From positions 1 to 55,924 of the forward strand of contig JAWUVP010000035.1 in assembly GCA_034112285.1 (NCBI GenBank): a stretch of 55,924 nucleotides of DNA. The letters run 5' to 3'. The position numbers were made by a program, and so were the translations under genes. Positions 50,455-55,924 of the stretch are shown piece after piece. This DNA comes from Gammaproteobacteria bacterium (GTDB lineage Bacteria > Pseudomonadota > Gammaproteobacteria > JABDGN01). Positions within the stretch are counted from its first letter, which is position 1, and each line of letters opens with the position of its first letter. The notes under the pieces are model-generated. The model searched no databases, was not told the DNA's origin, and saw nothing but the letters and a program-made list of their open reading frames with translations.

Positions 50455-52215
50455 ATGGGCACAAGCATATGGAATAAAAAAATGCGTAAAATACGAGTAC
50501 AAAATTTGCTGGATTCAGTTGTTGGTGCGAACCTACTGAGTCAACAAAATGCCAGAGAAACACTGCAAACAAGCCTGAAAACGCAACAAGCGTTGAGCCA
50601 TTTGTTAGTCGAAAAACAGCATGTGAACGCCACTGAGTTAGCCCGCTTATTTGCAAAAGAAGCACAGTTGCCTCTGCTGGATATTAAAGCGGTCAATACC
50701 TTTGACCTACCCACTAAATTAATAGATGCCAGTCTATTACATAAGCACAAATTATTACCATTGCGCTTAAAAGATACAGAATTATTGCTTGCGGTGAGCA
50801 CCCCAGAGGCTTTAGGGATGTTGCCAGGGCTTGCTAAGAGCCATAAATTAACCATTAAACCCGTAGTGGTGGAATACGATAAGCTCGCAAGATTATTAAC
50901 CAGTCAAGTTCCTAAAGCAGCTGCCACGCCAAGTATGTCTAGTGCTAATACTAGCGCACCCTCTGGCGCGATTAATAATTACAGTAAAGAATTAGCCGAT
51001 AGTAATTTAGACAAAATTAATTATCAATCGCAATCCACCGAGCATACCGATACCTCTGAATTCCCTGTGGTGCGCTTTATTAACAAAATTATTCTCGATA
51101 GCGTTAATCGCGGCGCTTCTGATATTCACTTTGAACCTTACGAAGTGCAATATCGCATTCGTGCCCGTATAGATGGTCAATTATACGAGCTTGCCACGCC
51201 AGATGTTGCCTTAGCGCCACGCTTGTCGGCGCGTATTAAAGTCATGGCCGACTTAGATATTTCTGAAAGACGGGTACCACAAGATGGCCGTTTTAAAATT
51301 AATTTAGGCAATAAAAAAACCATCGGCTTTCGTGTCAACACTTGCCCGACGCTATTTGGCGAAAAAATTGTTATGCGAATCTTAGACCCTAGCACCGTAA
51401 ATGTTGGCGTGGATGGGTTAGGCTTTGAGGATGATCAAAAGCAAACATTTTTGAATGCGATAGAACATCATCAAGGTATGATTCTAGTCACCGGGCCCAC
51501 CGGTAGTGGTAAAACCGTTACGCTCTATACTGCCTTGAATTTATTGAACGCCCCCGAAAAAAATATTTCCACCGCAGAAGATCCCGTGGAAATATATTTA
51601 CCCGGCGTGAACCAAGTTAATGTCAACACCAAAACAGGCTTAGATTTTTCCACCGTCTTACGCGCTTTTTTACGTCAAGATCCGGACATCATAATGCTAG
51701 GTGAGATTCGCGATAAAGAAACCGCTGAAATAGGGATAAAAGCTGCGCAAACTGGACACATGGTGTTATCCACATTGCATACCAACAGCGCCGCAGAAAC
51801 CTTAACCCGTTTAGAAAACATGGGCACCGCAGCTTATAACATTGCCACCACCGTCACCTTGGTGATTGCGCAGCGTTTAGTTAGGCGCTTATGCGACCAT
51901 TGTAAAGAGCCCTACTCACTTAATCGTGCGGCACTGGTTAAGCAAGGCTTTGAAGCCAATGAAGCCGAGAGCTTAAAACTTCACAAACCTGTGGGGTGTG
52001 AAAAATGCAATGGCGGCTTTAAAGGCCGAATTGGTATTTTTGAAATGTTGGAAGTGAAGCCCGAAATTCAAGCACTCATTATGGACCACGGCAGCTCGCT
52101 AGACATTCATCGTCGCTTAGAAGAAGAAGGCATGCTAACCTTGAGAGAAGCCGGGTTAAATAAAGTGCGTAATGGCATGACGAGCTTAGATGAAATTAAC
52201 CGGGTGACCACTTAA
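50455..52215 (+). CDS. pilB: Type IV pilus assembly ATPase
   Basis: ASDIHFEP, GPTGSGKT, LRQDPD, CxxC..CxxC. Confidence 0.95.
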   Translation: MGTSIWNKKMRKIRVQNLLDSVVGANLLSQQNARETLQTSLKTQQALSHLLVEKQHVNATELARLFAKEAQLPLLDIKAVNTFDLPTKLIDASLLHKHKLLPLRLKDTELLLAVSTPEALGMLPGLAKSHKLTIKPVVVEYDKLARLLTSQVPKAAATPSMSSANTSAPSGAINNYSKELADSNLDKINYQSQSTEHTDTSEFPVVRFINKIILDSVNRGASDIHFEPYEVQYRIRARIDGQLYELATPDVALAPRLSARIKVMADLDISERRVPQDGRFKINLGNKKTIGFRVNTCPTLFGEKIVMRILDPSTVNVGVDGLGFEDDQKQTFLNAIEHHQGMILVTGPTGSGKTVTLYTALNLLNAPEKNISTAEDPVEIYLPGVNQVNVNTKTGLDFSTVLRAFLRQDPDIIMLGEIRDKETAEIGIKAAQTGHMVLSTLHTNSAAETLTRLENMGTAAYNIATTVTLVIAQRLVRRLCDHCKEPYSLNRAALVKQGFEANEAESLKLHKPVGCEKCNGGFKGRIGIFEMLEVKPEIQALIMDHGSSLDIHRRLEEEGMLTLREAGLNKVRNGMTSLDEINRVTT

Positions 52216-52221
52216 AGGATT

Positions 52222-53448
52222 ATGATGAAGAAACCCAAAAAAATCGTCTTAGCACAATTTAATTGGCACGGCCTCAACAAAAATGGCAAGCGCATTGAGG
52301 GTGAATTAAAAGCAAAAAATTTAGCGGCCGCTCGCAGTGAATTGCGACGCCAAGGTATTAATGTCAAAAAAATTACCAAGCAATCCCAGCTGTGGAAAAA
52401 CCTTAACAAAAAAAATATCGTCCCGGCCGACATTGCCACCTTTAGCCGCCAACTCGCCACCATGATAGCCTCCGGCATTCCATTAGTGCAAGGTTTAGAC
52501 ATTGTGGCCAAAGGCTCCGACAACCCCACCATTAGTGACTTAATTAACACCATCAAAGCACAAGTAGAAAGTGGCTCCACCTTGGCAGAAGCTTTTGCCA
52601 AACATCCCAAACAATTTGATGGCTTGTTTTGCAGCTTAATTGAAGCCGGTGAGCAATCGGGCACCTTGGATGTTATGTTAGATAGAATTGCCACCTATCG
52701 TGAAAAAACCGAATCAATGAAAAAGAAAATTCGCAAGGCCTTAACCTATCCTGCTGCAGTGATTGTGGTCGCGTTTGTGGTCACCACTATATTATTGGTA
52801 AAAGTTATTCCGCAATTTGAAACCTTATTTAAAAGTGTCGGCGGCAACTTGCCTGCTTTTACCCAATTTGTGGTTGATTTATCAAAGATATTTCAAGCCT
52901 ATTGGTGGATGATAGCCGGCGGTGCCGTTTTAGCCATTATTGCTTTTGTGCTTGCCAGACAACGTAACGAAAGATTCCATTATTTAACCGATGCCGCCTC
53001 TTTACACATACCCATATTTGGTTCATTGCTGCAAAAAGCCGCTATTGCACGTTTCTGCCGCACACTCGCCACCACCTTTGCCGCCGGCATGCCGCTGCTC
53101 ACCGCCCTCACCATTTCCTCCAAAGCCGCGGGCAATAAAGTTTTTGAAAAAGCTATTTTAAGCATGCGTGACAATATCGCCAGCGGTGAGCAATTTCATG
53201 CTTCCATGAACATGACTCGCCGCTTTCCAAACATGATTATTCAAATGGCTTCCATTGGTGAAGAATCCGGGGAGCTGGACGCCATGATGAATAAAGCCGC
53301 CAGCGTGTATGAAGAAGATGTGGATACTATGGTTGATGGCTTAAGTAGCTTGATCGAACCGATGATTATGGCTATTCTTGGCGTCTTAGTCGGCGGTTTG
53401 GTTATCGCCATGTATCTACCAATATTTGAAATGGGGAAAGCTGTTTGA
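52222..53448 (+). CDS. pilC: Type IV pilus platform protein
   Basis: FSRQLATM, GEQSGTL, GEESGEL, AMYLPIF. Confidence 0.95.
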   Translation: MMKKPKKIVLAQFNWHGLNKNGKRIEGELKAKNLAAARSELRRQGINVKKITKQSQLWKNLNKKNIVPADIATFSRQLATMIASGIPLVQGLDIVAKGSDNPTISDLINTIKAQVESGSTLAEAFAKHPKQFDGLFCSLIEAGEQSGTLDVMLDRIATYREKTESMKKKIRKALTYPAAVIVVAFVVTTILLVKVIPQFETLFKSVGGNLPAFTQFVVDLSKIFQAYWWMIAGGAVLAIIAFVLARQRNERFHYLTDAASLHIPIFGSLLQKAAIARFCRTLATTFAAGMPLLTALTISSKAAGNKVFEKAILSMRDNIASGEQFHASMNMTRRFPNMIIQMASIGEESGELDAMMNKAASVYEEDVDTMVDGLSSLIEPMIMAILGVLVGGLVIAMYLPIFEMGKAV

Positions 53449-54314
53449 GCATTATCGCATTGTTGCAATTTTATCCTTGGTTTTATTATTTAACCGTCTT
53501 GGTGCTGGGCTTATGTATTGGTAGCTTTTTAAATGTGGTTATTTACCGCTTACCTCTCATGTTAGAAGCCAGTTGGCGAGCGCAATGTAATGAATTTATT
53601 GACACCGCATCACAAAAACTCAGCGTACAAAACGTTTCACTGTCACTACCGCGCTCATTCTGCCCAGGTTGTGGCCACAGCCTGCGTGCTTGGCATAACA
53701 TTCCCATCATCTCTTACTGCCTATTACGCGGTAAATGCGGCCGCTGTAGCACGCACATTAGCTTGCAGTATCCCTTAGTAGAGTTGGCCACCGGATTATT
53801 ATCATTAGTGGTTGCGGCACACTATGGCGTAAGCTGGCAAACAGTAGCCGCTTTGCTGCTCACCTGGACTTTAATACCCTTGATTGGCATTGATTTGAAG
53901 CACCAACTTTTACCCGACAGCCTCACCCTACCCTTGCTATGGTTAGGCTTAGGTTTTAATTTATTTCATGTTTTTTGTAGCTTAGAAAGCGCAGTAATAG
54001 GTGCCATTGCCGGTTATATGAGCTTGTGGTTATTTATGCATGGCTATCGTTTATGTACCGGAAAAATTGGCATGGGGCATGGTGATTTTAAGCTGTTTGC
54101 TGTTTTTGGTGCCTGGTTAGGCTGGCAAGCTCTACCGCTTATTATTTTTGCCGCCGCCTTGGTCGGCGCAGTGATAGGCATCATTTATTTAATCCTTAGC
54201 AAACAAGGCCGCCACACCACCATTGCCTTTGGCCCCTTCCTTGCTGTAGCAGGCTGGCTCGCGTTAATGTTTCAAGCACAGTTATTGCCCTTATTTTATG
54301 GCTTATTCTTATGA
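53445..54314 (+). CDS. pilD: Prepilin peptidase/N-methyltransferase
   Basis: GSFLNVVIYRLP, two CxxC, GMGHGDFKL, FGPFL. Confidence 0.95.
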   Translation: MSIIALLQFYPWFYYLTVLVLGLCIGSFLNVVIYRLPLMLEASWRAQCNEFIDTASQKLSVQNVSLSLPRSFCPGCGHSLRAWHNIPIISYCLLRGKCGRCSTHISLQYPLVELATGLLSLVVAAHYGVSWQTVAALLLTWTLIPLIGIDLKHQLLPDSLTLPLLWLGLGFNLFHVFCSLESAVIGAIAGYMSLWLFMHGYRLCTGKIGMGHGDFKLFAVFGAWLGWQALPLIIFAAALVGAVIGIIYLILSKQGRHTTIAFGPFLAVAGWLALMFQAQLLPLFYGLFL

Positions 54315-54910
54315 CACGCCTAGTCGTTGGCTTAACCGGTGGCATTGCCAGTGGTAAAAGTGCCGTAGCCTGTGAATTTGCCAAGCTAGGCATTGATATT
54401 ATTGATACCGATGTCATTGCTCGTCAACTCGTTGAGCCTGACCAGGAAGCTTATAAAGCGATTGTGGCTTATTTTGGTGATGATATTCTACAAAAAGATG
54501 GCCAACTCGACCGTCAGACATTGCGCGAAAGAATTTTTGCCGATAGTGAAGCCAAACAATGGCTAGAGCAACTCTTGCATCCATGCATTCGTGCCGCAAC
54601 GAAAGACGCCATCAATGCGGCAAGCTCAGCCTATTGCATGGTGGTTATTCCACTCTTGGTGGAAACGCTGCCCAATCCATTATTACAGCGTGTTTTAGTG
54701 GTCGACTGTGATGAAACGGTACAGCTAAAGCGCTTATTAGCCCGTGATAACATCGACACAAACTTAGCAAAGAAAATGATAGCCCAGCAAGCAAGTCGAG
54801 CAGCGCGTTTGGAAATTGCTGATGACATTGTTGAAAACAATGGTGACTTAGCTCAGCTCAAACAAGCCGTAAAATCGTTAGATGCTAAATATCTGCACGA
54901 AACATGCTGA
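54311..54910 (+). CDS. coaE: Dephospho-CoA kinase
   Basis: GLTGGIASGKS, LLHP, PLLVE. Confidence 0.96.
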   Translation: MTRLVVGLTGGIASGKSAVACEFAKLGIDIIDTDVIARQLVEPDQEAYKAIVAYFGDDILQKDGQLDRQTLRERIFADSEAKQWLEQLLHPCIRAATKDAINAASSAYCMVVIPLLVETLPNPLLQRVLVVDCDETVQLKRLLARDNIDTNLAKKMIAQQASRAARLEIADDIVENNGDLAQLKQAVKSLDAKYLHETC

Positions 54911-54999
54911 TTTTAGCTTCAATACCCCCTCAATAAATCATCAAGCTTCCAAACTGCCCCAGTTTTCCCTATAATAGAGACAATAACTCGAGATAACTT

Positions 55000-55764
55000 A
55001 TGGATAACTTAGTCCTCTACGAACACCCGCTTCACGAAACCGTGCGTATTTGCTTACGCTTAGAATGCTTGTTTGCCCAAGCCGATTATCGGCTCAGCCA
55101 TGAAGGCTATTGGAATAACCGCGCCGCCATTGCCACCCTCATTGACATTGTGAACGTGTTAGATCGCCCCGACTTTAAAGCCAAGCTCACTAAGCGTCTG
55201 TTGCTAAGCAAAGATAATTTAAGCCAACATTTGAGTGATGATAAAGTTGACCAATCGCGTTTAGGTGATATTTTGCAGCAGCTCACAGACAGCGTGCAAT
55301 ATTTACAAAATTCTAGCGGCAAACTCAACAGCGAGCTTGAGCAAAATGAATTTCTTAACAGTGTGCGCATGCGTTTAAGCAAAACCGGCGGCGCACGCAA
55401 TTTTGATTTACCTATGTACCATTACTGGCTGCACTTAAGTGAAGATAAATGCAAACAAGATATACAACATTGGTTAAGTACTTTTCATGACTTCAAAAAC
55501 ATATTAGATTTATATTTAATGCTCATGCGCCAAAGCACACAATTTTTTAACGTCACCGCAGTCAATGGCTATTACGAAAAAATGTTCGATACCTCTATAG
55601 ATTACCAACTGCTGCGCGTGTATGTCGACAAAACAATTTGCGCCTTTCCCGATATGAGTGTTGGCCGCCATCGCGTCAACTTACATTTTTTCACCTTGAA
55701 TGAGGCTGAAAAACCCGCGCAATTTAAAGAGGATGTCGATTTTAAATTGGCATTGTGCGTGTAA
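55000..55764 (+). CDS. zapD: Cell division protein ZapD
   Basis: YEHPLHETVRICLRLE, FDLP; coaE-zapD-yacG synteny. Confidence 0.9.
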   Translation: MDNLVLYEHPLHETVRICLRLECLFAQADYRLSHEGYWNNRAAIATLIDIVNVLDRPDFKAKLTKRLLLSKDNLSQHLSDDKVDQSRLGDILQQLTDSVQYLQNSSGKLNSELEQNEFLNSVRMRLSKTGGARNFDLPMYHYWLHLSEDKCKQDIQHWLSTFHDFKNILDLYLMLMRQSTQFFNVTAVNGYYEKMFDTSIDYQLLRVYVDKTICAFPDMSVGRHRVNLHFFTLNEAEKPAQFKEDVDFKLALCV

Positions 55765-55907
55765 TGCTAAAAGTTAACTGCCCACATTGCAAACAAAGTG
55801 TCACCTGGACAGGTGACAACACTTATAAACCTTTTTGTAGCGAACGTTGTAAGCTTATTGATTTTGGCGCTTGGGCCGATGAACAACATGTAATTAGTGA
55901 AAGCTAG
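55764..55907 (+). CDS. yacG: DNA gyrase inhibitor YacG (47 aa)
   Basis: Manual translation MLKVNCPHCKQSVTWTGDNTYKPFCSERCKLIDFGAWADEQHVISES; below the ORF-track cutoff. Confidence 0.92.
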   Translation: MLKVNCPHCKQSVTWTGDNTYKPFCSERCKLIDFGAWADEQHVISES

Positions 55908-55924
55908 CAAATTTAAGCTATGAA

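Noticed and set aside
33140-55400. Numerous 60-165 aa antisense ORFs inside core genes
   Set aside because: Shadow ORFs opposite well-conserved genes, with no independent evidence.

Overview
A 55.9-kb chromosomal window from an AT-rich gammaproteobacterium. Gene content suggests a Legionellales/Coxiellales-like, probably host-associated lineage (inference). The core genes are: a LitR/CarH-type MerR regulator with a photolyase and DUF523/DUF1722 gene, tRNA-Arg(ACG), a complete SUF operon (sufR-B-C-D-S-U-T), fadH, a KimA-like transporter, SRP RNA-dnaX-ybaB-recR, ffh running directly into mrdA-rodA-mltB-rlpA-dac-dat-ybeD, mpl, a PPi-type pfk, and pilA plus an O-oligosaccharyltransferase next to pilBCD-coaE-zapD-yacG. 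The most interesting signal is regulatory. Four orphan loci scattered between core genes share the same promoter architecture (nTTAAnnnn-N2-nTTAAnnnn-N7-TAnnnT), which matches the Legionella/Coxiella PmrA box that marks Dot/Icm effector genes. These loci encode a multi-TM protein with a dileucine motif, a protein with CarD-like segments, an RCC1-like repeat protein and a decayed F-box-like gene. Also present: a GacA/UvrY-type box with a candidate Csr/Rsm-type RNA, CsrA-type hairpins on secreted-protein and pilin leaders, a DARS2-like DnaA/Fis/IHF element, a convergently arranged chaperone-usher pilus locus, and three palindromic REP/RPE-like repeats. No CRISPR array, prophage or intact IS was seen. 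All protein family calls are by-eye motif recognition, not database results.
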